A stretch of DNA of 64,000 nt from Octopus vulgaris (GCA_951406725.2 OX597825.1:39742001-39806000), one strand, 5' to 3'; counted from the first letter of the stretch, positions 15,737 through 29,362 are shown. Numbers and translations: made by a program. The notes: generated by a model not told the origin, from the sequence alone.

Positions 15737-17154
15737 TATTATATAATTTACTGGTATGCAAGTTTGATGAGAATGCTGGGAAGTCAACAAATGTGAACTG
15801 CGTTCTGTGAACTCATACTGTAAAATAAAACCACATACATAACTTTCTCTTAAATAGGTTAAAATAAGCATTTGTAATATTGTTATTATTGTGCTACTGT
15901 TCGATAAAACGAACGGTATTTTCAGTGTTCAGCAAAATATTATTGAGGATGAACAAAAACAACGTATTAGATATCACAAGAAGTTTGTTGAGGTCGAGTG
16001 GAATAGATTTGATTATAACAGTATAAATATATATTGAATTAGTTATAAGGATTATTGCATCTCAATTTTTTTTTAACAAAGTAACTATCAGTTAATCACT
16101 TTAATAAAACGATCTACTTATTCTGAAGTTAAAAGCAATATAAATTTGAATAAATTAAATTAATCTTTTGTATCATCAGTTCTGCATTTTCACGCGATTT
16201 TCTTCTACATATGACATTGTACTTTATTTTGTTTATTTTTCATTGTTGCTGTACAACACCTATACGCAGTTGCAATCGACCGTTAGTGAAACAAAACTGT
16301 TATTGATTGCAGAAGGAGCAGGAAATGAGCAGTTGGGGCATCGGAAACTGGGCAATATACGAGACCAGGTAAACATTTAATTCAGGAAAGACTAGTGAAG
16401 GTCAACAAAACGACGTGAATTATGATATAAATACTCGAAAACAACACGGTACATGAAGCACTACATGATACACCAATGGAAAAACTTTTAGAGATATAAA
16501 ATTGACATTTTGAAAAAGGATCCAAAAAGCAGATATGTACAAAGAGTGACTCAAATGAACACTTAATCTTGCAATGGAAATGGCACTGGATAAAAAGTGA
16601 ATAGAAAGAAATGAAACTATTAAATTCCAAGTCTCAGAGTCAAGATATAAAATGTAAGCTCATTGATAATGAAATCTGCGTGAAATACACGAAAAATGCA
16701 AAAAAATCCAAGCAAAGCAATATTTCAAAAGTTTGTAAGGAGAAGTGCGAAATAGCGCTGAAACTTCTTTATAACTAGAGAACAACGCCACCGACTACAT
16801 TTAAAACTGTGAAACTGTTTTCAACTCGAACACACCTCCGTCAGTAATTTTTCTGAAAAGACGAAAATCTAAACACTACAAAGACTCATTTCTACAGAAT
16901 CAATCAAATACATCTTTTCGAGAAATGCCAGGAAAAAAAAAACTAGGACAACTCCATATAATTCTATGTAACCCATGCGATAAATTATAGAAACAGAAAT
17001 TACATTAATAATATCAGCTAGCCTCATCACTTTAAACATATTTTAGATCCTGTTTGCGTTATGTTAGTATACAGTCCAAAGGACTCAAAGTCTGACGAAA
17101 CACACAGAGACACAATGGCATTGAAATGAATGACGACATTTCTGAATTCTGAAG

Positions 17155-17292
17155 GTTCAAGCGCAACTGTGTGGTGAGAAGCTTGCCTACTAACAACACA
17201 GTTCTCAGTTCAGTCCCACTGCGTGGTACCTTCTGCAGATGTCTTCTAGTATAGACCAAACATTGGTAGACGGAAAATGTCAGAAGCCCGTC
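17155..17292 (+). mobile_element. tRNA-derived SINE 5' fragment
   Basis: gtgtggtgagaagcttgc...ttcagtcccactgcgtggtacc head; reverse copies at ~34640-34750 and ~46975-47080. Confidence 0.7.
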
Positions 17293-17343
17293 GTATATAT
17301 ATTTATATATACATAAATATATAAATATATATATATAAATATA

Positions 17344-17753
17344 ATAATTAATCAATATAGGGTGGCAAACAAATTTTGTAGAATTCTTTTGCCACCAGCG
17401 GCCTAGTGGGAAAAAATTAAATAGTCATAGACCATTTTTAAGTTCAACATCAACAATCAAGGAACGGCCATAATAGGCCATTCACCCACTAGAAATAACA
17501 GCCAAAGCTTCAACCGCAAATAAAAATTAATTCCGTAAACCAGGAGAAAATTTAAAAAACATTTACCTTGTCATTTCTTATACGATATACCGTTTCATCT
17601 GCTGATTAAACGGTATATCGTATAAGAAATTACAAGGTAAATGTTTTTTAAATTTTCTCTGGTTTACGAAAATTAATTTTTATTTGCGTTTGAAGCTTTG
17701 GCTGTTATTTCTAGTGGGTGAATGGCTCATTATGGCCGTTCCTTGATTGTTGA
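17344..17753. mobile_element. Fold-back (inverted) partial copy of the 492-bp ribozyme-repeat family in (TA)n
   Basis: Arms 17450-17595 / 17608-17753; similar to 35719-35985; contains only the 3' half of the hammerhead. Confidence 0.9.
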
Positions 17754-17776
17754 TATATATATATATATATATATAT

Positions 17777-20700
17777 ATTTCAACAATTGAGGGTAAAATT
17801 AATTAATTATTAATCAATTTCACCAAGTGTTCAGTATGCAAAGGGACCATTTAAGGCGAATTCAAATTATTACATTATATAAAAGGGCTTAGTAAAATAA
17901 ATTACTTTGCCGCATACTGAACTCATTAGAAATAGCAGCTAAAAAACTTTTTAAAGCTATTTCTAATACTTAAAGAAAATCTCTCTCATATAGTGTTTGC
18001 TTAACTCAACTCACAAAAGTTTGGGGGTAAGGACATCAAAAAATCAAATGCAAAGGTTATTTGAGAACGTACGTTTCAAGATTAGTCAAAACGACACTTC
18101 TATCATCAGCTCAGAAACTCCTTGGTTTGGATTTGAAAACACTGAAAGTAAGAACATACCCTTTCGGCTTCTCATCGCTTTCGAAGATCTGCTCGTAACT
18201 AACAGTGCCAACAAACTCAAATATGCAAGCGAAGAATTTCTGTTCTCCCCTTTCCACCAGCGTGGGTTAAGATCATCAAACACTATGCTTATTTCGGTAA
18301 AATCCGAAGCATTAATTAGAGGGAGATTAATTATAATTTCAACAATTGAGGGTAAAATTAATTAATTATTAATCAATTTCACCAAGTGTTCAGTATGCAA
18401 AGGGACCATTTAAGGCGAATTCAAATTCGTTTGTTGGCACTGTTAGTTACGAGCAGATCTTCGAAAGCGATGAGAAGCCGAAAGGGTATGTTCTTACTTT
18501 CAGTGTTTTCAAATCCAAACCAAGGAGTTTCTGAGCTGATGATAGAAGTGTCGTTTTGACTAATCTTGAAACGTACGTTCTCAAATAACCTTTGCATTTG
18601 ATTTTTTGATGTCCTTACCCCCAAACTTTTGTGAGTTGAGTTAAGCAAACACTATATGAGAGAGATTTTCTTTAAGTATTAGAAATAGCTTTAAAAAAGT
18701 TTTTTAGCTGCTATTTCTAATGAGTTCAGTATGCGGCAAAGTAATTTATTTTACTAAGCCCTTTTATATAATGTAATAATTTGAATTCGCCTTAAATGGT
18801 CCCTTTGCATACTGAACACTTGGTGAAATTGATTAATAATTAATTAATTTTACCCTCAATTGTTGAAATTATAATTAATCTCCCTCTAATTAATGCTTCA
18901 GATTTTACCGAAATAAGCATAGTGTTTGATGATCTTAACCCACGCTGGTGGAAAGGGGAGAACAGAAATTCTTCGCTTGCATATTTGAGTTTGTTGGCAC
19001 TGTTAGTTACGAGCAGATCTTCGAAAGCGATGAGAAGCGGAAAGGGTATGTTCTTACTTTCAGTGTTTTCAAATCCAAACCAAGGAGTTTCTGAGCTGAT
19101 GATAGAAGTGTCGTTTTGACTAATCTTGAAACGTACGTTCTCAAATAACCTTTGCATTTGATTTTTTGATGTCCTTACCCCCAAACTTTTGTGAGTTGAG
19201 TTAAGCAAACACTATACGAGAGAGATTTTCTTTAAGTATTAGAAATAGCTTTAAAAAAGTTTTTTAGCTGCTATTTCTAATGAGTTCAGTATGCGGCAAA
19301 GTAATTTATTTTACTAAGCCCTTTTATATAATGTAATAATTTGAATTCGCCTTAAATGGTCCCTTTGCATACTGAACACTTGGTGAAATTGATTAATAAT
19401 TAATTAGTTTTACCCTCAATTGTTGAAATTATAATTAATCTCCCTCTAATTAATGCTTCGGATTTTACCGAAATAAGCATAGTGTTTGATGATCTTAACC
19501 CACGCTGGTGGAAAGGGGAGAACAGAAATTCTTCGCTTGCATATTTGAGTTTGTTGGCACTGTTAGTTACGAGCAGATCTTCGAAAGCGATGAGAAGCCG
19601 AAAGGGTATGTTCTTACTTTCAGTGTTTTCAAATCCAAACCAAGGAGTTTCTGAGCTGATGATAGAAGTGTCGTTTTGACTAATCTTGAAACGTACGTTC
19701 TCAAATAACCTTTGCATTTGATTTTTTGATGTCCTTACCCCCAAACTTTTGTGAGTTGAGTTAAGCAAACACTATATGAGAGAGATTTTCTTTAAGTATT
19801 AGAAATAGCTTTAAAAAAGTTTTTTAGCTGCTATTTCTAATGAGTTCAGTATGCGGCAAAGTAATTTATTTTACTAAGCCCTTTTATATAATGTAATAAT
19901 TTGAATTCGCCTTAAATGGTCCCTTTGCATACTGAACACTTGGTGAAATTGATTAATAATTAATTAATTTTACCCTCAATTGTTGAAATTATAATTAATC
20001 TCCCTCTAATTAATGCTTCAGATTTTACCGAAATAAGCATAGTGTTTGATGATCTTAACCCACGCTGGTGGAAAGGGAGAACAGAAATTCTTCGCTTGCA
20101 TATTTGAGTTTGTTGGCACTGTTAGTTACGAGCAGATCTTCGAAAGCGATGAGAAGCGGAAAGGGTATGTTCTTACTTTCAGTGTTTTCAAATCCAAACC
20201 AAGGAGTTTCTGAGCTGATGATAGAAGTGTCGTTTTGACTAATCTTGAAACGTACGTTCTCAAATAACCTTTGCATTTGATTTTTTGATGTCCTTACCCC
20301 CAAACTTTTGTGAGTTGAGTTAAGCAAACACTATACGAGAGAGATTTTCTTTAAGTATTAGAAATAGCTTTAAAAAAGTTTTTTAGCTGCTATTTCTAAT
20401 GAGTTCAGTATGCGGCAAAGTAATTTATTTTACTAAGCCCTTTTATATAATGTAATAATTTGAATTCGCCTTAAATGGTCCCTTTGCATACTGAACACTT
20501 GGTGAAATTGATTAATAATTAATTAGTTTTACCCTCAATTGTTGAAATTATAATTAATCTCCCTCTAATTAATGCTTCGGATTTTACCGAAATAAGCATA
20601 GTGTTTGATGATCTTAACCCACGCTGGTGGAAAGGGGAGAACAGAAATTCTTCGCTTGCATATTTGAGTTTGTTGGCACTGTTAGTTACGAGCAGATCTT

Positions 20701-21571
20701 CGAAAGCGATGAGAAGCCGAAAGGGTATGTTCTTACTTTCAGTGTTTTCAAATCCAAACCAAGGAGTTTCTGAGCTGATGATAGAAGTGTCGTTTTGACT
20801 AATCTTGAAACGTACGTTCTCAAATAACCTTTGCATTTGATTTTTTGATGTCCTTACCCCCAAACTTTTGTGAGTTGAGTTAAGCAAACACTATATGAGA
20901 GAGATTTTCTTTAAGTATTAGAAATAGCTTTAAAAAAGTTTTTTAGCTGCTATTTCTAATGAGTTCAGTATGCGGCAAAGTAATTTATTTTACTAAGCCC
21001 TTTTATATAATGTAATAATTTGAATTCGCCTTAAATGGTCCCTTTGCATACTGAACACTTGGTGAAATTGATTAATAATTAATTAATTTTACCCTCAATT
21101 GTTGAAATTATAATTAATCACCCTCTAATTAATGCTTCGGATTTTACCGAAATAAGCATAGTGTTTGATGATCTTAACCCACGCTGGTGGAAAGGGGAGA
21201 ACAGAAATTCTTCGCTTGCATATTTGAGTTTGTTGGCACTGTTAGTTACGAGCAGATCTTCGAAAGCGATGAGAAGCCGAAAGGGTATGTTCTTACTTTC
21301 AGTGTTTTCAAATCCAAACCAAGGAGTTTCTGAGCTGATGATAGAAGTGTCGTTTTGACTAATCTTGAAACGTACGTTCTCAAATAACCTTTGCATTTGA
21401 TTTTTTGATGTCCTTACCCCCAAACTTTTGTGAGTTGAGTTAAGCAAACACTATATGAGAGAGATTTTCTTTAAGTATTAGAAATAGCTTTAAAAAAGTT
21501 TTTTAGCTGCTATTTCTAATGAGTTCAGTATGCGGCAAAGTAATTTATTTTACTAAGCCCTTTTATATAAT
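17777..21571. mobile_element. ~560-bp hammerhead-containing tandem array with internal inversion (retrozyme-like), flanked by (TA)n
   Basis: ~1.2 units ribozyme-minus (17777-18427), junction at 18428, ~5.6 units ribozyme-plus (18429-21571); units differ by only a few bases. Confidence 0.93.
18532..18583 (+). ncRNA. Type I hammerhead ribozyme motif, 560-bp family (also starting at 19092, 19652, 20211, 20771, 21331 on +; 18062-18113 on -)
   Basis: tgag CTGATGA [t aga..gtc gtttt gac..tct t] GAAA cgtacg TT ctca: 4-bp stem I, palindromic stem III, GUU triplet, U-U mismatch at the base of stem II. Confidence 0.72.
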
Positions 21572-22094
21572 TTATATATATATATATATATATATTGTTA
21601 TATTTCGGAATGGTCATATTGCCAGTTTAGCCAATATATATATATATATGTATACTTATAATAAGAGTAGATCGTATACGAGTGGGTATATATTTGTAAT
21701 AAAGAAATTTGAAAACGCCACTATATTAGTTAAATTTTAATTTTCTTATGAATTTTACATGTTTCGGTTCTTGAAAAAACGAACCTTATCAAAAATATTA
21801 TAAAAGGTAAAGTGTAATAGCAAAGTTCATAATTGTTTCTTACTGGTCTCAATAGAATCCATGTGGTTGTGTTTTGTCGGTAGTAGGTATAATAGCTATA
21901 AATTTCAAGTTGAGTGTAGTAAAGAAGTTCATTATTGTTTCTGAAATGGTAGCAGCAGTAGTGATTGTTGGTCGTAGTAGTAGTAACCTTGGTGGTGGTT
22001 GGGGTTGCAGCAGCTTATTGGTTGGAGCGGCTAAGTTGTGGCAGTCCTAGCAGCAGCAGTATGACCAGTGGCTTAAATGGCAGTAGTAGCAGTT

Positions 22095-23762
22095 ATTGTA
22101 TCCCTAAAGTCCACAAAAACCAAATAATTGGTGAAACATGCAAAACATATTCCGATATGCTCTTCAGAATCCCTTCACCAAATTATCTTAAACTTAGACC
22201 GATAATAGCAGGCCCAGCATGTGAAACTCACCGCCTCAGCAATTTCTTAGACACACTTCTTAAACCTTTCCTAAAGCACATCAAAAGCTACGTAAGAAAC
22301 GATATAGACATGCTTAACCACCTCCCAAAAACAGTCAATGAGAAAACCCGTGTTGTATCCTTCGACGTATTTAACCTTTATTCAAACATCCCACACACCC
22401 TAGGAATAGAAGCGATCACTTTCTGGCTAAATAACTACTCCTTTGAACTCCAAACTCGCATAAATAAAGAACTTATAATAGAAGAACTTAGATTTATTTT
22501 AGAAAAAAATTACTTTATTTTTGACAATAATTTCTACAGACAAAGATCGGGAACAGCGATGGGCACGCGTACAGCGCCTTCTTTTGCCAACCTAGAGATG
22601 GGATACCTCGAGAAAATACTCTACCAGAAAACACTCGAGAAATATGGAAACACCTTCTCCACCTATTTCCAGAACACCTGGAAAAGATGCCTCGACGACT
22701 GCTTTATCCTCTGGGATAAAGGTATAGAGAAACTTGAGGAATTTAAAATACTATTAAATGGAATAAATGATAATATTCAGTTAACGATGGATCATAACGA
22801 AGAAGAATTGCCATTTTTAGACATCATCATTAAGAAAGCCGGCAACAAAATAGAGACAGGTATCTATTATAAACCGACAGACTCCAAGCAGTACCTACCC
22901 TTTGATTCATGCCACCCAAGACACACTAGAATAAATGTCCCTTTTTCTTTAGCTAGAAGGATTTGCACCATAATATCAGACACAAACACCCGACACACAC
23001 GTCTAGGGGGAACTTAGAACTACACTCCTAAATAGAAATTATCCACAGCCCCTAATAGACAGGGCAATCCAACGAGCACTTAAATTAAGTATAGAAGACC
23101 TAAGACGAACAAAACCAAAAAAGAAAGAAAAATTAAAAACCCTTCCCTACTTCTCTACACACAACCCACTTAACAATGAGGCCTTCAGCACCATACTACA
23201 AAGCACAGCCCTACTAAAGGGAGACCCAAAGATGAACCGGATCCTCGAAACACACACCTTCATTAAAAGTAAACGGCTACCAAAAACCTTGAAAATGATT
23301 TTAACCCAAGCTAAACTGCACTAAACATCAACCATAAAACCAGCAGTTAGAAAATGTGGAAAGCCCAACTGCGGAATCTGTGTCATCTTGGTAGAAGGTT
23401 CAGAATTCACATTAGAACAAGGCCATCAGTTTACCATTAGAACAAACTTCACCTGTGCATCAGAAAACTTAATTTACGTCTTAACATGCGCATGTTGCAA
23501 TAGGCAGTATATAGGCCATACAAAAAGCAGCTTACGTAAAAGGATGGCAGTGCATAAATACCAAATTAGAAACCCTGAATACCGGAAAATACCAGTCATC
23601 GGACACATAGATAGTTTCGCTTCAAATAAAAATCCGAAATTTACAGCTTGCCCACTTTACAAATTGAGTGACAGCGTAACCTTCACTCAACGCCAAAATA
23701 AAGAACTTTACTTCATTAACAAATTTAGACCAAGTTTGAACACCATGGGCCAGGAATATTAA
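22095..23762 (+). pseudogene. Penelope-type reverse transcriptase + GIY-YIG endonuclease
   Basis: YCIPKVHK, LRPII, SFDVFNLYSNIP, YRQRSGTAMG, WKRCLDDCF, FLDI, YYKPT, SCHP; CGKPNCGIC; NLIYVLTC..C..YIGHT..LRKRM..H; premature stops near 23015 and 23322. Confidence 0.93.
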
Positions 23763-24268
23763 AACAAAACATTGGTCTTCCGAAAAGAAACATGAAATTC
23801 TACCACAACCACCACGATCACTACGACTGCTTCCACTGCTACTACAACCACTGTGGTCACTACTATTGCTGCTACGATCAACATTCCTCCACTACTGCTG
23901 CTGATACGGCCACAGCTTAACCGCTACAAACCCAACCACCATCACGGTTACCACTACTACGACCAACAGTAACTGCTACTACTGCCATTTAAGCCACTGG
24001 TCATACTGCTGCTGCTAGGACTGCCACAACTTAGCCGCTACAACCAATAAGCTGCTGCAACCCCAACCACCACCACGGTTACTACTACTACGACCAACAA
24101 TCACTATTGCTGCTAACATTTCAGAAACAATAATGAACTTCTTTACTACACTCAACTTGAAATTTATAGCTATTATACCTACTACCGACAAAACACCACC
24201 ACATGGATTCTATTGAGACCAGTAAGAAACAATTATGAACTTTGCTATTACACTTTACTTTTTATAAT

Positions 24269-24313
24269 ATTTTTGATAAGGTTCGTTTTTTCAAGAACCG
24301 AAACATGTAAAAT
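24269..24313 (+). ncRNA. Minimal hammerhead motif in the Penelope pseudo-LTR, U3-A8 core variant (inverted copy 21752-21796 on -)
   Basis: attt TTGATAA ggttc-loop-gaacc GAAA catg TA aaat. Confidence 0.78.
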
Positions 24314-24403
24314 GCATAAGAAAATTAAAATTTATCTAATATAGTGGCGTTTTCAAACTTCTTTTTTACATATATATATATTTGTATACGTATATATATA
24401 TAT

Positions 24404-24434
<31 letters not shown>

Positions 24435-24499
24435 TGTGTGTGTGTGTGAATGTACATGTGTATGTGTGTGAGTGTGTGTATGCGTGGTTGCCTTTATGC

Positions 24500-24732
24500 C
24501 TGTGTTTGTCCCCGTCACCGTTTGACAATCGTTGTTGGTCTGTTTACATCGCTGTACCTTAGCGGTTCGGTAAAAATGATCAATGGATTAAGTACTAAGA
24601 TTTAAAAAGTTGCCCTGTTGTTAGCTTATTCGACTAAAACCGTGGAAAGCATCGCTACACCATGCCACAGTCAAACGACTCAACCAAGTAAAAGAATAAA
24701 AGAATAAAAGAATAAAAGAATAAAAGAATAAA
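24500..24732 (+). mobile_element. SINE 3' half with (AAAAGAAT)n tail
   Basis: tttgacaatcgttgttggtctgtttacatc...cttagcggttcgg...ttcgactaaa; related pieces at ~30330-30450, ~47110-47270 (-) and ~55570-55715. Confidence 0.7.
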
Positions 24733-24739
24733 TGTATGA

Positions 24740-27700
24740 CTCACCGAAGACTTATACCTAAAAATGACGATGACGCGTTAGCAGTAAGAAAAAGCAGCAA
24801 GTACATCCCACTAAGATGTGACGACAAAACCATAGAATATTTCAATGAATACGTTTTAAATTAACCATAAAAACTCACAAAGAATATTACAAACTTAAGA
24901 GGATTGCCTCAGAAAATACAAAAAAATTATAAACAGATAAATAATAGTTAAGAAGGTTGATATAGAAAATGCAGTAGTCTGGAAGGACACAGAATAATAG
25001 TGTCGTATTCATAATAGGAGACAATCCATGCTATAGAAAGACGTAAAACTAAAGTAAAGAGAAAATGAGAAACACGAGGATATTAATAAACTTTTGCAGG
25101 GAAGAATTCATCAACAAAGATTACGTCAATATTACAAACTTCAGATGTACGTCTACAGTCTTGTGTGCCATACGGAAAGTACATAAACGTGGAAATATAT
25201 GTGAAACATGCAAAGAAGTCACTGACATAATACATTAATATCAGATTACCAACTGGTGTGAAACTGAAGATCGATAATAGCTTTTTTTCTAAATCACAAC
25301 CAAAAGATACTTCATAACATGACTAAGAGAAGCTAAAATTTCTCCCGAAAACACTGACCAAAATATCTTTGATAGACTCTATCGATGTAGTGAGATTTTT
25401 ATCCAAATGCTTCTTGCGACTTAACAATTGTGATCTTAAATTCTGTTTGAATAATTAAGTACGTGTTTTTCCAAAAAACGAAATACTTTATATTCAATGA
25501 CAACTTTTTAAACAAAAATCTATAGCTGCAACGTGGACGAAAACGATCCCTCTTTTGCGAATCTACTCATAGACTACCATGATATTACGTTATTGCATGA
25601 AAAATGGGAAGTTCTTTCCGCATAAGCATACAAGAAAAGTTGAAATTACCTTGAGAATTGGTTCATTCAATGGAAGGAAACACTGAGATGCTAAATGAAT
25701 TGCAAACACTTCTCACTGGAATTAATAATATTCAATTTAGTAGGAAATATAGCCCTAACGATCTCGCAATTGTTGGCATTCTAATAATGAAAGTCAATAA
25801 CCAAAAATGATAGAATCCAAACAATATCTTCCGTTCCGTTTATGCTATTCGAAACACACCAGAATAAATATCCGTTATATCCTTGCCAAAATTATTTGTA
25901 TGATAGTATTCGATACAAACATCCGTATTCTTTAATCTAGAATGACATTCAGCGAGTCAAGAAATCCAGTGCATATCTTTGTGAAAGTAAAGAGAACGAT
26001 CTAAAATAACATTGCTGGTCAACCAGGAAGTATATTGAAATTGCAAGACTCACCAAACAAGAGAACATCTTTCGAAATTTATACAGTATATTGACACGGA
26101 AACATATGGACGCATCTTAATCTGACGTCCTCATAGTCTCATAGTCTCACTACCAAGCTCATTCTACAAGAAGTTACTTCGCTGTAATTAATAAAAGAAA
26201 CCGCCAGAATTGCATATATGGAGAGGATAGTCAAAAAATTATATAAACAGGTCAAGTGTGTTCCAGTTCAAATATCGTTCAAATATTTCTTGCACATTTA
26301 AATTAAATTGTATTGCTTTCATCTAATATTTTTTATTTAGTCCATGCAATTATTTACATGGATTTCTTATTCTATTTACGTGTTAACGCATAACATTCTT
26401 CAACTACCGCATAACATTCTTCAACTATTCCAGTTGTTCTTGTTATAACACAGACGCTTCTATTTACTTTCTACGAACAAAAATGAAGCTATTTTGAATA
26501 TTTCTAATTCTCTGTAATCTGCAGGACTCATGTAGAATATACTATTTCTATGTTGTGTATTTTCGGTTATTTTTTATCATACCAGTGGCATTACTATATG
26601 ATGTGTGTTTACTGTTTGAAACTATTGCATAGATATGCACCAGAAATATTAAGATTAGTAACTGTTGTATCTATTCATCTGATGGACGTGTTTAACTGTA
26701 TATATTTTGAAATAGAAATAACATTTCACTATCACTATATAAAATAATCTGAAAAAACCCAGAACTAAAAAATGTATGAGGCATAAATGCTTCAATTATC
26801 AAAGCCCAAACAACTTACATATTCAGGTATGGACTCGGATTGTCTTCCAGCAAAAAATAATATTTTTTGTATCACTTCGTAATAATTCATGCAATAGAGT
26901 GTTACCAAACGAAATTCAAACTTGTATTTAGCATTAAAAAATCACCTTCTATGAATTGGTTATGGTATGGGTTGCATTAAATGTAGAGAATACACATTAA
27001 ATAGGTGTACGAAAATTGACAAATTATCAGTATTTACATATTAGAAATATACGATCAAACATGCAACCCCGAAGAAAATATAAAATGCTAAAATGCAAAG
27101 AGTAATTAAAAGAACCCTTATTCCTAACAGAGAAACCTTCCTGCAATCCGTTTGTCCTATAAACCTCTGACAAACAATAACCAATATATAATATTTATAA
27201 CCCATTAATAAGATTTGTTATTAAATCCAAAATTATTTTTAGATTATAATTAGAAAGTAGAAGCAATTTCATATCAAAATATTTCAAAAGATCAAGTCGT
27301 TATGAGAACATCGTTCAAGTATGTAGAAACCATAAATGGTAATTATAAAACCATGCCAGAGAGATTTGGCTGTAAACGAAGATTTATAAGACAAAGTTTC
27401 TTGAATTAAGGAGAAATAACGACATCAGATAAGTAGATCAGAGGTACCCATACTAATACTTTCCACTAGCAATTGAGGCTACAAAAGAAACAGAATTAAA
27501 TAGCAGAAATAAGATCATAACAAACTTCTCTATAATATATTTGAAGTTAAATGATAAGAAACTTGTACTTGTAAAGAAAATATGGAAACTTCTTACAAGC
27601 GTCTGTAAACACTATACCTATGTTATTATGAATAGACGATAACTAGCAAATGCAGTTTGATATCAGAGATGGATACTATGTCAACACTGTTTACCTTAGT

Positions 27701-28010
27701 AAGTGCAACCATATTTCAGTGTTGTAATAATTCCAGCAATATAGCAACAATACGAATAACATATAATTAGAAAAAAAATGAAAAGAATATTTATGTTACA
27801 GGGAAAAAAAGCAAAACATTTAATATATGGCGAAGTAATTTAAGATACACCTAACGTTAACTAGAATGCGAACAAAGTCAATAGAATTCTTGAAAAGTGA
27901 CAATGAAACAAGTTCGTAAAAATCATAACACAATGTAAGTGGAAATTGCCAAATCAAAACTGGAGAGAGGCATGAAGATATCACTAATAATTTGTAATAT
28001 AACATAGCTA
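24740..28010 (+). mobile_element. Very old decayed non-LTR (R4/Dong-like) remnants
   Basis: A-rich strand bias with faint zinc-knuckle-region resemblance near 27700; no intact frame. Confidence 0.3.
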
Positions 28011-29317
28011 GGATGATATCCTGGCTATGATATAGAAGGCCAAAATCCCTATACTGACTATATTATAGAAAACGAACATTGACCCATAAAAGTTGATTAA
28101 AATATCCTCAACAAATGGATGAAGTAGCTTGCACAGCGGTTGCAAATCCGCAAGTAAAGATTTTTGACGAAAACGTATGGGTAATTTGATGGAATATGTG
28201 CAGTTCTTTGGTGGAAGTATATAGAAAATTGATAACATCACCTGTCAACTATTGAAAATTTATTTATTAAATTTTATTTATGGCTTTATTGAGAAGCAGT
28301 ACTTGAAGAACGAGAATGTATGCATGACTTGAATGACGGCATGTGATTTCATGTGAGCTATATGACTAATAGAAAAGTTAAATAAGCATCTAATATAAGA
28401 TAAGGGGTTAAGATCAGCTACGATATGTTCGAGGATTTATGGGTGTCATCGTGCAACAACTAAATATATTTCAAGTTTTCATGCAGTTGATTTTGTATAT
28501 TATCTCTTTAGAATCGATGTTGTGAAATGTTCTAGAAGAAAATATTCCTTCAGTACAACCAAGGAACGTGGTCATAATTACAAACATTTCATCGTCTACC
28601 TACACACGGCAAGGCAATATGTGTATCTTAAAACGGTAGATAGCTTGAAAAGCTGCGTGATTGAATATGTTTGAAGGGAATAGTAAGCATTCTGCGCTTT
28701 TATATTGAAACCATATCTGTACTTAGATACATACGGAGAGTTGACATTACAATTGAAGGTGCAGAACGCAAATACGTTTTATGCAATGTGATATTAATGA
28801 TGTTAGCGCTAGAGATATACATGAAAAAGGTATCACCTAAGTATGTACAAGTAAGCTAGGCAATGACCGTTGGGTCTTAGAATTACCCTTGAGATATAAA
28901 CGAATAAGAGGACAAACAAAAGACATTACCAACAATTTTGGTAGGAATTTCATATATTTAATAAAAGTTTGACCTCTAGGTCAATTTCGCGGATTAATAT
29001 TATGAGCACGAAGATAGGTCAGAAAAAAATACAAACATACCTATCAACCTACCTTCCAAGCTACCTATATATATATAAATATATATATATAGGTGAATTG
29101 CGGAAACCATGGTTCGCTTTGTTTTCTGACTTTATAATCATTTCATAATAATGACTTTTATGACATTTATTACTACCTCAATCCATCTAAATGTATATAT
29201 TTGTCGTTACCTGTCAAAAAAAGCCTTTTTTTTTGCAATGTGCATTTTCGCTGATTTTTCATATTTTACCCTTACATATCCACGTGTAATGTTTCTTTTC
29301 TTTTTGTAACATATTTC

Positions 29318-29362
<45 letters not shown>

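Larger units (their letters stand above)
21650..24392 (+). mobile_element. Penelope-like element, 5'-truncated, with an inverted copy of its 3' end at the 5' side; in (TA)n
   Basis: RT + GIY-YIG pseudo-ORF; ~21680-22095 is the reverse complement of ~23970-24390. Confidence 0.93.

Noticed and set aside
17997-21447. Repeated 122-aa and 65-aa ORFs in the 560-bp array
   Set aside because: No recognisable domain, non-ATG starts, and recurrence simply reflects the tandem repeat; one copy is frameshifted
21965-22094. Hydrophobic N-terminus (signal or TM-like) on the Penelope RT ORF
   Set aside because: It is read-through from the inverted 3' UTR copy, not real coding sequence
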